NCBI GenBank assembly: GCA_002269645.1
Contig: NIVC01001392.1
Location: forward strand, 186,001-250,000
DNA length: 64,000 bases
Direction: 5' to 3'
Source of the DNA: Macrostomum lignano
Taxonomy: Eukaryota
Shown: piece after piece, positions 13,044 to 60,222 of the stretch
Numbering within the stretch: position 1 is the stretch's first letter
How the letters are laid out: the number at the start of each line of letters is the position of its first letter
Program-made: the position numbers and the translations under genes
Notes under the pieces: model-generated
Seen by the model: only the letters and a program-made list of their open reading frames with translations
The model's database searches: none
Told to the model about the DNA's origin: nothing

Positions 13044-15452
13044 GATGGCGCCAAAATTAATTTAAAATGTAGCGTTGAAGTACAGATGATGCCAGAATGA
13101 GGATGGCGCCAATATGAATGAAGATGGCGCCAATATGAATGGGGATGGGCGCCAAAATGAGTGAGGATGACGCCAATATGAGTGAGGATGGCGCCAAAAT
13201 GAGTGAGAATGGCGCCAAAATGAATCAGGATGGCACCAAAATGAATGAAGATGGCGCCAAAATGAATCAGGATGGCACCAATATGAATGAGGATGGCGCC
13301 AAAATGAATGAGGATGACGCCAAAATAAGTGAGAATGGCGCTAAAATAAGTGAGAATAGCGCCAAAAAAGGTGAGAATGGCGCCTAAATAAGTGAGAATG
13401 GCGCCAAAATGAATGAAGATGGCGCCAAAATGAATCAGGATGGCGCCAATATGAGTGAGGATGGCACCAAAACGAATAAGGATGGTGCCAAAATGAGTGA
13501 AAATGGCGCCAAAATGAATGAGGATGGCGCCAAAATGATTGAGAATGGTGCCAAAATGAATGAAGATGGCGCCAAAATGAATCAGGATGGCGCCAAAATG
13601 AGTGAAAATGGCGCCAAAATAAATGAGGATGGCGCCAAAATGAATCAGGATGGCGCCAAAATGATTGAGAATGGTGCCAAAATGAATGAAGATGGCGCCA
13701 AAATGAATCAGGATGGCGCCAAAATGAGTGAGAATGGCGCCAAAATGAATGAGGATGGCGCCAATATGATTGAGGATGGCGCCAAAATGAGTGAAAATGG
13801 CGCCAAAATGAATGAGGATGGCGCAAAAATGAATCAGGATGGCGCCAAAATGATTGAGAATGGTGCCAAAATGAATGAAGATGGCGCCAAAATGAATCAG
13901 GATGGCGCCAAAATGAGTGAGAATGGCGCCAAAATGAATGAGGATGGCGCCAAAATGAATCAGGATGGCGCCAATATGATTGAGGATGGCGCCAAAATGA
14001 ATGAAGATGGCGCCAAAATGAATGAGAATGGCACCAAAATGAATGTAGATGGCGCCAATATGAGTGAGGATGGCACCAAAACGAATAAGGATGGTGCCAA
14101 AATGAGTGAAAATGGCGCCAAAATGAATGAGGATGGCGCCAAAATGAATCAGGATGGCGCCAAAATGATTGAGGATGGCGCCAAAATGAATGAGGATGGC
14201 GCCAAAATGAATAAGGATGGTGCCAAAATGAGTGAAAATGGCGCCAAAATGAATGAGGATGGCGCCAAATTAAAAAGGATGGCGCCAAAATGATTGAGGA
14301 TGGCGCCAAAATGAATGAAGATGGCGCCAAAGTGAATCAGGATGGCGCCAATATGATTGAGGATGGCGCCAAAATGAATGAGAATGGCACCAAAATGAAT
14401 GAGGATGGCGCCAAAATGAGTGAGGATGGCACCAAAACAAATAAGGATGGCGCCAAAATAAGTGAGAATGGCGCCAAAATGAATGACGATGGCGCCAAAA
14501 TGAATCAGGATGGCGCCAGTATGATTGAGGATGGCGCCAAAATGAATGAGAATGGCACCAAAATGATTGAGGATGGCGCCAATGAGTGAGGATGGCGCCA
14601 AAATGAATGAGGATGGCGCCAAAATAAGTGAGGATGGCACCAAAACGAATAAGGATGGCGCCAAAATGAGGGAGGATGGCACCAAAACGAATAAGGATGG
14701 CGCCAAAATGAGTGAGAATGGCGCCAAAATGAATGAGGATGGCGCCAAAATGAATCAGGATGGCGCCAAAATGAGTGAGAATGGCGCCAAAATGAATGAG
14801 AATGGCGCTAAAATGAATGAGGATGGCGCCAAAATAAGTGAGAATGGCGCCAAAATGAATGAAGATGGCGCCAAAATGAATCAGGATGGCGCCAATATGA
14901 TTGAGGATGGCACCAAAACGAATAAGGATGGCGCCAAAATGAGTGAGGATGGCACCAAAACGAATATGGATGGCGCCAAAATGAGTGAGAATGGCGCCAA
15001 AATGAATGAGGATGGCGCCAAAATAAGTGAGGATGGCACCAAAACGAATAAGGATGGCGCTAAAATGAGTGAGGATGGCACCAAACCGAATCAGGATGGC
15101 GCCAAAATGAGTGAGAATGGCGCCAAAATGAATGAGGATGGCGCCAAAATGAATGAGGATGGCGCCAAAATAAGTGAGAATGGCGCCAAAATGAATGAAG
15201 ATGGCGCCGAAATGAATCAGGATGGCGCCAATATGATTGAGGATGGCACCAAAACGAATAAGGATGGCGCCAAAATGAATGAGGATGGCGCCAAAATAAG
15301 TGAGAATGGCGCCAAAATGAATGAGGATGGCGCCAAAATAAGTGAGAATGGCGCCAAAATGAGTGAGAATGGCGCCAAAACGAATGAGGATGGCGCCAAA
15401 ATGAGTGAGGATGGCGCCAATATGAATGTCGATGGCGCCAAAATTGATTTTG
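13044..15452. repeat. 21-bp minisatellite (GATGGCGCCAAAATGAATGAG)
   Basis: About 2.4 kb in tandem; the unit is a multiple of 3, hence the MNEDGAK ORFs. Confidence 0.95.
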
Positions 15453-16252
15453 GTGGTTTACATGTGATGAACCTCAATTGTGCTAAAGTAGACTGTAGCA
15501 AAGGAAAATCAGCAGATAAATCTAAACGTTTAAATTTTGTCATGCCGGCAGCTGTCCCGATCCAAGCCTCTCACTTTATAAAATTTATAGAACAATATTA
15601 TCCGGTGGAGAGCATCTTGCAAGTTTGCAGTGGGTAAAATCCTTTATAGACTGATATTTATCATGTGAAGATTTATAAATTTATTTATGCATACGACAGA
15701 AAAGAATCTCAAACGACAAACGAAAAAAGACAGACGACACATAAAAACACGGAGACAAAACAGAAAATGTTTCATTAAAAAAATACGCAGATTAGCTGAC
15801 TAAAAACAACAGCAGTATTAGTGAGTATAATATGTAAAATATTGCCAATATACAATTAATTACAAGCGACTAGTAAACTGTGTGCGCATATATATTAATA
15901 AGAGTAGTCAATAAAGCCATGCAATGCGATTTTTTGCGACTCTTGATAAAATCCGTGCGAAGTTATTAATATTGCACAATTAAATTGCGATCAAAACACG
16001 ATACGAATTCGTATACTACTGACACAGTAGCTTAAAGTAAGTAGTGCGGTTAAGAAAATAAAATTCGTTTAAACGTAGGCAATAAGCCAGGCTGCTTAAG
16101 CAGTGCAGATTAGTGCAGTTCAAGGTGCACAAAATGCAGCCGGTCTCTGCTAGCTTTAGACAAAACATTTAAGCAAGCTGTTGAGTTTGCTGTGAAGTAA
16201 GTATTCACGTTTTCAGAATAATTAGTCAGTAACCAATCTAACAATTAGTTTA

Positions 16253-17005
16253 GGCAACCCCGATATCTGAGGTGCGGCAACCCCAATATCTGAGGGGTGC
16301 GGCAACCCCAATATCTGAGGGGTGCGGCAACCCCTATATCTGAGGGGTGCGGCAACCCCTATATCTGAGGGGTGCGGCAACCCCTATATCTGAGGGGTGC
16401 GGCAACCCCTATATCAGAGAGAGTGGCAACCCCGACATCCGAGAGAGTGGCAACCTCCAATATCTGAGAGAGTGGCAACCCCCAATATCTGAGGGGTGCA
16501 GCAACCCCAATATCTGAGGGGTGCAGCAACCCCAATATCTGAGGGTGCAGCAACCCCAAAATCTGAGGGTGCGGCAACCCCAATATCTGAGGGTGCAGCA
16601 ACCCCAATATCTGAGGGTGCGGCAACCCCAATATCTGAGGGTGCAGCAACCCCAATATCTGAGGGTGCGGCAACCCCAAAATCTGAGGGTGCGGCAACCC
16701 CAATATCTGAGGGTGCAGCAACCCCAATATCTGAGGGTGCGGCAACCCCAATATCTGAGGGGTGCAGCAACCCCAATATCTGAGGGTGCGGCAACCCCAA
16801 AATCTGAGGGTGCGGCAACCCCAATATCTGAGGGTGCAGCAACCCCAATATCTGAGGGTGCGGCAACCCCAATATCTGAGGGGTGCAGCAACCCCAATAT
16901 CTGAGGGGTGCGGCAACTCCAATATCTGAGGGGTGCGGCAACTCCAATATCTGAGGGTGCGGCAACCCCAATATCTGAGGGGTGCAGCAACCCCAATATC
17001 TGAGG
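16253..17005. repeat. 24-25 bp minisatellite
   Basis: GGCAACCCCAATATCTGAGGGTGC in tandem. Confidence 0.95.
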
Positions 17006-17403
17006 GAGTGTCAAGTCAAGTCCAACACTGTGCGGTTATTTTAATTGACAAACAATATTGATATTGTTAGATTAAGAGTTGAGTATAACACATAAAATAC
17101 TACACAGTAATACTAAGGAATAGATAGGATGCAAAACAAACATAGAAATTTGATTCAATTCGCATCCAATGGCCCCAGAAATACACAAGCAGAGCTCAGC
17201 AATTGAGTGCCTTATTAAATTAGCATGATAATAATAATAGCAATTCACATGCAAAATAACAGCAATCTGTAATTACAAAAAACAATAATAATTTAAACTG
17301 CCGAATTAAAAACAGACATCTCTTGATTGACTGACTGATTAATTGTTACAAAAAGCATGCCGGTTAAATCCAAATCCAACAACAAGTTCTGAATATGCAA
17401 CAG

Positions 17404-51189
<33,786 letters not shown>

Positions 51190-54100
51190 TTAATTTCTGC
51201 AATCAGATGATTATTAAGCAGGTCTAGCAGTGGTGCAAAATGTGTATTTTATTTATGTTTAAGTTCCTAGAAATATTTTAATTACTTGTCCTGAAATTGA
51301 AATGCCATTTGTGCAGCTACTCATATTAGAATATTAAATTGAGATTAAATTCGGATAAGTAGAAACTGTACATTTATATATAATTTTTTTGAGTTTTGAA
51401 ATGAAGTACATTAGATACAAATGGGTGTTTTGCATTAGTATAGCTGTAGCCTATAGGAATAGAATGCCATGGCAGCTATGATAAATTTTGGTAAGGGGCC
51501 ATAGCCTAAATAGTCTAACATAGCACTCTTATATGCTAATAGCCTAGGCTTAATTCCAAATGTAGTCACATTAATTCAAGGCAATTAATGCCTTTGAAGG
51601 CCAACCCCTAGGCATAGTGAGGTGTATATGCCTCAGTTGGATTCATGACTTTAATGTTAGTGGTTTGATAATAGCAAGGCAATTTGCCAAAAGTTTTGTA
51701 ATATGTATCTATTGTAAAATAAACAAATATACTAATAAACAAATAATGTTACAATGTTAAAATTTATTACAATAAAATACAGAACATTAAAATGAGGGTC
51801 TTGTTTCCCATTCATGTCCCATACAATGAGCACTTGCATAATTTACTAAGAATGTCCTAAAGGTTATTAAAAAATTATAAATATTTTTATTTTAAACTGA
51901 ATTAATTATGTCTAAAAATGATGTTCAATTTTATTTTTTTTTGCCATTTTTTTTCACCATTTTATTTTAATAGTACGAAAGTTAACCAATGACTTTCTAG
52001 AGTATACAATTTTTCTTCATTTTATGTATACACGTTTATTTAGTAGTGCATGCCAAAAAATTCTTGCACTCTGTGTGCAACAGTTTTGGTAATGACATTT
52101 TTTTTAAACTGAATGTCTCACAATAATAGCAAAATGTACATAGTAATCTTTTTGTATATCTGCAATAAGGAAAACAATTTTTTGTGTGATGCAATACAAT
52201 TTTAAGGCATTTATTTTGTTTAAGTGTTTCTTTTTTGTTTTTTTTAAAGTGCATCTTGCATTAATTATTAATGCAAGTTTAAGTATCCCTTGCTTACCTA
52301 GTTTATTATGGATAGTTTCTTTTTTGCTTTTTAAATCCCTTGTTAAAATCATCCCTCAATTTACTTTTGTCTTTTTCCTACAAATATAAATCAACAATTT
52401 CTGTTCTCCATTTTTTATTCCTAGTTTAAAAATTGCATAATTTTTTTGCTACTTTTACTTTACTCAACTGTACTTTACTACATTGTATTAAGCTTAGTTT
52501 TTGGTATTTTCTATAAAAATGGAATGGAAAATTGTATTTTAGGGTAGAATTTTAGGATGCTTATTTTGTAAAGTCAGGATGCAATTTTAAGGCTGATGTG
52601 CATAGGCTGCATAGCCTGCCATAGGAAAATCCCAAAATTTAAGACTGGAATTTTAATTTTCTTTTACATTATAATTAGCAATTGGCAAACCAAAAAGTGT
52701 TAGGCCTATAACTATAATAGGTGGCATAGCTTAGCTATAGTAAGTAAAAAAATTGTTAAAGTCTTGGCTGTCGCCAAGTCAACCTGTCGCCGAATTAATT
52801 GGTTCCCTAATCATGTATTGACATAATAAATAGCTAAGAAGTTTTGCGTAAAAAAATTATTTTATTTTACATTGTCATTGGTGTTAAATTGATAAAACAT
52901 GAATTTTCATTCCAGCATACACCTGCCATGATCCAGACTATGGCTTAGGTATTTTGATATAACAAATCAATAACAAAAACAATAGGCCTAACTGTTTATG
53001 TTCAAATGAAAAATTAATTTAACAAACAAGAGGAAAATTGCCTATCTATATTATATAACAAGATTGTTAGTTTTAAGGCCTATTGTACTAGGGCCTAATT
53101 AATTTATATAAAAGAAACCAACTGCAACATTGCCAAATGTCAAAGGATACCAATAGCAACTACAAATATCATATGCTAGTGAAAAGAACTGTTTTAATAT
53201 TATATCTGTAGACACTACAAATATAAATATATATAATTTCAAATATACAAGTTTTGCTCATTATTAGGGGCCTATATTAATTACAGGAAACAGGACCCAC
53301 ATTATACTTTATAGCAAAACATTTAATAAAATGCATATGATTATTTTTTCATTTTGCTTGCATATATATAAAATATAATAATAAGTCTGATAAGATAAGA
53401 TTGTTCTAATAATATTTCTATTAATGTACTAAAAGACTTTAGCTAAAGCCAATTGCTTCACTTGTGTAGTTGTACATTATACAAGTTAGGTTTAGGCCTA
53501 ATTTCCTCTAAATTTTAATCTTAAGATCCTACTGGAAACATATACATAAGGGTTTATATTTGTAGTAGGGTTCAATGGATATATTTTTATATTCATACTT
53601 CATCTATTTTAGAGAAAAAAGAATAAATAATAAACTGATATCATCATTGATCATGCGCCTAAAAATTAGAACACTTACACTTAACAATTCTACATAATGA
53701 TTCCGATCCTACAAAAATATGTTACAACATTTTAATTAAAGTGTTTTTTAGAAATTTTCTACAATACCGTGAACTAAGTTAAACAAAGAACTTTAAATTA
53801 ATATGACATAAATCAATATTAAAACATTTTTACCTTAAATGCTCTTTATTAACTGTTTTCAATGAAATTATGCACTTGTTAGGAATTTATTCGAAAAGTT
53901 TCTATGATCAGAATTTTTGGATAAAGGCGTGATTTATATAGCACAGACAAAAAGATATCTAGCTAGTCTTTGCGCGGACGCAAGTCATGGAGGACTGGGG
54001 GTTGAGCCTGATGGCCTGCAACTCATTCAGAAACGTATTATTTAGCGTCACAGTTCGGCCTTGGCACCCGTGTTGACAGATACGCCGCTTTATAAAGCCA

Positions 54101-55329
54101 AATTGAACATGATCGCTGACCGCCTTTAAGGCTGTTGTGAACAAGTTCTGTGTTCAAAGATCATGTTCGCAAGGCCTACTAAAGCGAACTAATATATTCA
54201 ATCGGCTGGTAAAATTGCCGTCGATTTAAAATGAGCTAGGGGCCTAGACTATTATAGTTTTAGGCTAGGGTAAGGTTAAGTACAAGAGTCGTTACAGTTT
54301 AATACTAAGCCATTTCATTATTGTTAAGCATTAGCAAGTAGTTAATCTTTACTAGGCTTAGACACAACTGGACTAATTGACTAGGCCCTAATAGGCCTAG
54401 TTCAAAAAGCTACATTTGATATCAAGCAACTATTTCATTGTTGGAATTTAATTGTACTGTAGTATAGGCCAATTCACATTTTCTGGTCTACTTTAAAATA
54501 ACAGGTATATTATCTTTAGTTAGAAGGCTAGGATAGGCTAATAATGACTAGATATGAGTTGATAAGATAAGTTCTTTCTAATCTATATCTGGGCTTCTTG
54601 GTTGAAATTTTAGAGCCTAGCACCAGGCCTATATATAGCATATGCTAGGCTTATCTATGGCTAGTATAGGTTTTTATTGTAGCCATCAGCCATGTAAAGG
54701 TAGGGCTAGGTCTAATCAAGTGTTATATATTATATGGACATATAGCTCATATACATGATATAGCTAGGTAGCTACTTTGTCTTTAGGCTATAAAAAAGTT
54801 TTTGTTATTAATATTAGGCCTAGTACTAGTAAATTATTTGTAAAGCCTATATTAAACATAAACATTTCTAGTTCTAATTCTAGTATAGAGCCTACTATAC
54901 TATGAACATTTAACAAATATATTTTGTTAGTATAGGCCTAGCCTATTACTTTGTTGTTATAAGTTAAAAAAGTAAATAAAAAAGTTTTGCCTATACTATA
55001 GCTTAACAAGGCTTAGCTAGGCTATTATTCTTTTTAAACAACCTTTATGACTATCTTACCTAGTTAGACTAGGCTAGTCTACCTGACTTAGTCTATCTAA
55101 TCTAGTTTATTCTAGCTAGGCTTCTTTATTCTAAGCTATTTTTCTTTGGCTAGCCTTTATAATTATCTTTCAAGGAAATATCTAGAGAAATTTGAAAAGG
55201 GCAAACTATACAAAGCAACTATAACCTAAAATTAGAAAATAGACCTTGGCCAAAATATATGACCCAGAGTTTTTAATCCATAGTTAAGGGAGATATCATG
55301 GCTATGGCCCCTTGGGACCTTTGGATCTA

Positions 55330-56930
55330 TCCTTGCTATCTCTTCTAGGTAGCCTTTCTAGGCACTCCCCTCTAGACTATCTAGGCCATCTATTCTAGGC
55401 TATTCTTCTTAGGTAGTCCTTCTAGGCTGTCTTTCCTAGGTAGCCCTCCTAGACAGTTCCTCTAGGCTATCTCTCCTACTTTACCTTTCCCAGACAGCCC
55501 TATTAGGCTACCCCTCTATGGCTACCCTTCCTATTCAACCCCTCAGGCTTCCTCTTATTCTACCTCTCCCATTCTACCCCTCCCAGACTACCCTTCCCAT
55601 TCTACCCCTCCCATTCTACCCCTCCCATTATACCCCTCCCAGGCTACCTTTCCTAGGCTACCCTTCCCAGACTACCCTTCCCAGGCTACCCTTCCCAGGC
55701 TACCCTTCCCAGGCTACCCTTCCCAGGCTACCCTTCCCAGGCTACCCTTCCCAGGCTACCCTTCCCAGGCTACCCTTCCCAGGCTACCCTTCCCAGGCTA
55801 CCTCTCCCATGCTACCCTTCCCAGGCAGCCCTCCCATTCTACCCCTCCTAGGCTACCCTTCCCAGGCTACCCTTCCCAGGCTACCTCCCATTCTACCCTT
55901 CCCAGGCTACCTCTCCCATTCTACCCTTCCCAGGCTACCCTCCCATTCTACCCCTCCCAGGCTACCATTCCCAGGCTACCCCTCCCAGGCTACCCTTCCC
56001 AGGCTACCCTTCCTAGGCTAGCCCTCCCAGGATAACCATCCGAGGATACCCTTCCCAGTGAGCTCTCAGCTCTCCCAAGCTACCCCGTCCAGTTTACCCC
56101 TCCCACTATACCCATCCCAAGCTACTTTCCTATGCAACCCTCCCAGGCTACCCCTGCTACTCTACCCCTCTCAGGCTACCCCTTCCATCACAACCTCTTC
56201 CAGGCTCTCTCCCAGGCTACCCTTCCTACTCAAACCATCAGGCTCCTCTTTCCTACTCTTCCCCTCCTACTCTTCCCCTTCTACTCTACACCTCCCAGGC
56301 GAACCTTCCCAGGCAGCCCTCCCAGCCTACCCCTCCCAGACAGCCCTCCCAGCCTACCCACCCCTCCCAGGCAGCCCTCCCAGCGTACCCCTCCCAGCTT
56401 ACCCCTCCCAAGCAGCCCTCCCTGCCTACCCCTCCCAGGCAGCCCTCCCAGCGTACCCCTCCCAGCCTACTCCTCCCAGGCAGCCCTCCCTGCCTACCCC
56501 TCCCAGGCAGCGCTCCGAGACTACCCACCCCTCCCAGGCAGCCCTCCCAGCCTACCCCTCCCAGGCAGCCCTCCCAGCCTACCCCTCCCAGCCTACCCCT
56601 CCCAGCCTACCCCTCCCAGGCAGCCCTCCCAGCCTACCCCTCCCAGCCTACCCCTCCCAGGCAGCCCTCCCAGCCTACCCCTTCCAGCCTACCCCTCCCA
56701 GGCAGCCCTCCCAGCCTACCCCTCCCAGCCTACCCCTCCCAGCCTACCCCTCCCAGCCTACCCCTCCCAGCCTACCCCTCCCAGCCTACCCCTCCTAGGC
56801 AGCCCTCCCTGCCTACCCCTCCCAGGCAGCGCTCCGAGACTACCCCTCCTACTCTACCCCTCCCAGGCAGCCCTTCCAGGCTACTCCTCCCAGGCTACCC
56901 CTTCCATGGCAACCACTTCCAGGCTATCTC
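55330..56930. repeat. 13-14 bp minisatellite (CCCTTCCCAGGCTA / CCCTCCCAGCCTA)
   Basis: Tandem units, degenerate at the left edge. Confidence 0.9.
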
Positions 56931-57194
56931 CCACTGTGCCCCCGTGTACTGTCACCATTTATGTTCGAAACTGAGAAGATTGTTTCGTTTTGGTATTATT
57001 TAAAAAGATAATGCATCATTATTTACTTCAGACGCCTCACTCTCATTATTTCAGGTGCGTACATGCGAGTCAGCTAACGCTGACGCCGCACTTAGTATTC
57101 GGCTTTCCAACGGGGAACTGTGCGTTTATGAAAGCTATTTGGGATTTGGGATGCCAGAAAAGAAATACTATTTTGCAAGGATCCGATGAATGCT

Positions 57195-57980
57195 GCCGCT
57201 TCGGCTGCAGTGACCACCGGCTCAAGCGGAGGACGATCGCAGGACTGTTTGCTGCCTGCCACTTCGGCTGCAGTGACCACCGGCTCAAGCGGAGGACGAT
57301 CGCAGGACTGTTTGCTGCCTGCCGCTTGCTGCAGTGACCACCGGCTCAAGCGGAGGACGATCGCAGGACTGTTTGCTGCCTGCCACTTCGGCTGCAGTGA
57401 CCACCGGCTCAAGCGGAGGACGATCGCAGGACTGTTTGCTGCCTGCCGCTTGCTGCAGTGACCACCGGCTCAAGCGGAGGACGATCGCAGGACTGTTTGC
57501 TGCCTGCCGCTTGCTGCAGTGACCACCGGCTCAAGCGGAGGACGATCGCAGGACTGTTTGCTGCCTGCCACTTCGGCTGCAGTGACCACCGGCTCAAGCG
57601 GAGGACGATCGCAGGACTGTTTGCTGCCTGCCGCTTGCTGCAGTGACCACCGGCTCAAGCGGAGGACGATCGCAGGACTGTTTGCTGCCTGCCGCTTGCT
57701 GCAGTGACCACCGGCTCAAGCGGAGGACGATCGCAGGACTGTTTGCTGCCTGCCGCTTGCTGCAGTGACCACCGGCTCAAGCGGAGGACGATCGCAGGAC
57801 TGTTTGCTGCCTGCCACTTCGGCTGCAGTGACCACCGGCTCAAGCGGAGGACGATCGCAGGACTGTTTGCTGCCTGCCGCTTCGGCTGCAGTGACCACCG
57901 GCTCAAGCGGAGGACGATCGCAGGACTGTTTGCTGCCTGCCGCTTGCTGCAGTGACCACCGGCTCAAGCGGAGGACGATC
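57195..57980. repeat. 61/63-bp GC-rich minisatellite
   Basis: CTGCAGTGACCACCGGCTCAAGCGGAGGACGATCGCAGGACTGTTTGCTGCCTGCC(G/A)CTT(G/CGG) units. Confidence 0.95.
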
Positions 57981-59789
57981 GCTGCTCCGCGTGCTATCAT
58001 CTACGAGTGTTGCGAGTGCTAAGGGCGAACGAAGGACTAATGAAGGAGCATATTATCCGATTTCCTTCAGAGGCGATCCTTGCCAGTTATTTATCTTCGC
58101 GTGGAATTAGCAGTGAGTAAAAAATATGAGTATTATGTGCTGCCGCTTATACACTCTACAATATCATCAGCAGAATACGTTAAATGAGGTCGTTTGAAAC
58201 AAAAAGAGTATGTAGATGGTAAGATGGCATGTATTTAGCTTCTTCCTAGTAAAATCAGTGAATTGTTTTGGTCGCGTACATAACCTATTCAGCTTCTCCG
58301 CTCATAGTCACTCCAGCATTAAGTGCTAACAATGCAGATTAGCTATGAACTGTATTGGAATGCTTTGCATCATGCATTTGCATTTTAAATAAAAGGAATT
58401 TTTCTCTCATTCTTGGCAGGTGTGGAGATGAGACAAAGCAATGTGCATTACGCTGCTGCCGATGCACAGAACGCAGAGTGCACGCAGGATCCTCGTAGAA
58501 GGATCTCAGAAAGAAGACGACAGTGACGACTACGACATGTATGACTATTCAGCCACATTGGACAGAAATTAGCTGTTAGCCGTTTAAATATGTTTGGTCA
58601 CACTTCTCTGTGACTGTGGCATGTAGAACATTTAATCCGTGACCTCTTTGCAATATTGCACTACCATCAAACCGTGACCCTCTTTCTCTCGCTCTGTACT
58701 GCTGTAACCAGTTTTTTGTCCCCCCTGTCGAGTTTTGCTAATCAAACTGTGAGAGAACTATGCAGCGCGTTTTTTCGCCAAACCTGGTATTATAAACATG
58801 TGACTCTAAAATAAAACAGGCTGCACTGCTTTTACCTATGCTTTTTACGATAATTCACTCTGTCCTGTTCTGAAACATTCCTGTTTTATCGAATTCTCTT
58901 TTGATGACACAAATATGGTCACACGACGGTCACAAAGAATAGTGGGAGGTAGAGCCATAGGGCGAGAGGTATAAAGTATATGATTTTACATTACAGTAGT
59001 CTCAATAGTTTGTCTACCCCTCTTGGCCTCCCTTTCTCCTCGCCCTCTGTCTCTGCAGCACCTGTTGGTTAAACATGAGAGGAAAGCTCGGCGAGAAAAG
59101 CCTCTGTGTAAAAGTCTCGTACCTGACATCCTGTCACTTTTAAATAGCCTTATGACTTTCCTGGTACATGGACATTTACATATGTAAGTTGTTTCCATTC
59201 GATCAAGGCAAATGATCTATAATTAGTATAGGTATACTAGTAATAGTAAATTCAGTTAGTCTTATCATGCACGAGCAATGGCGGATCTAGAATCTGCCAT
59301 AGCATAGGGAGGCCAAACATGAGTATGAGGGGTACCAATTATGAGGGGGCGCAAAAATCTGTACTGCTGAAAATAACGAATGGGAAACACGGATTGCATG
59401 TTATCAATTTCTTAAATACGTATTTGAACTGAGAAGCACAATACCGGGGAGAAGTGTTTAGCCTTCTCTCTGCTTGGCAAGTGCACATGCACTATATACA
59501 TGCAAGTTATTGTGCAGATTTGAGAGTTGTGTACAGTAGTAGAGGGTTACTTGACTTAGCTGCAGGGGTTCCAGGCATCCGGACGCAGCGAGGAGGCGTT
59601 ATTTGTGGATCTATGAGAATTTTGAGAATTTCGTGATTGCCTGTTTACCTTAAGAAAGAAATTATAAAAAGGAAAGCTATTAGCAGAGACGCGATTTTCT
59701 TTTGATAAATTCGACACAGGCAGGCAGCCAGGCAGGCAGACAGACAGGTAGGAAGGTAGGTAGGAAGGTAAACAGGCAATCACGAGAAA

Positions 59790-60222
59790 TTTCTTGCGGG
59801 AAAATCTTTCTGCTGGAAAAAGTCTGCGGGGAAAATTCGTGCGGGAAGATCTCGTGCGGTAAAGCTCCTGCGGGGAAAGCTCGGCGGGAAAAATTCCTGC
59901 GGGAAAATCTCATGCGGTAAAGCTCCTGCGGGGAAAGCTCGGCGGGAAAAATTCCTGCGGGAAAATCTCGTGCGGTAAAGCTCCTGCGGGGAAAGCTCGG
60001 CGGGAAAAATTCCTGCGGGAAATTCTCGTGCGGTAAAGCTCCTGCGGGGAAAGCTCGGCGGGAAAAATTCCTGCGGGAAATTCTCGTGCGGTAAAGCTCC
60101 TGCGGGGAAAGCTCCTGCGGCAAATTTTCGTTGCGGGAAAAACTCGCTGCGGGAAAATCTCGTGCGGGAAAGCTCCTGCGGGGAAAGCTCGGCGGGAAAA
60201 ATTCCTGCGGGAAATTCTCGTG
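59790..60222. repeat. 58-bp higher-order repeat of ~14-15 bp GCGGGAAA subunits
   Basis: Period of 58 measured at 59881, 59939 and 59997. Confidence 0.9.

Noticed and set aside
57195-57980. 7SL/Alu-like CGCTTGAGCC in the reverse strand of the 61-bp unit
   Set aside because: Only a 10-nt match, with no other 7SL structure.
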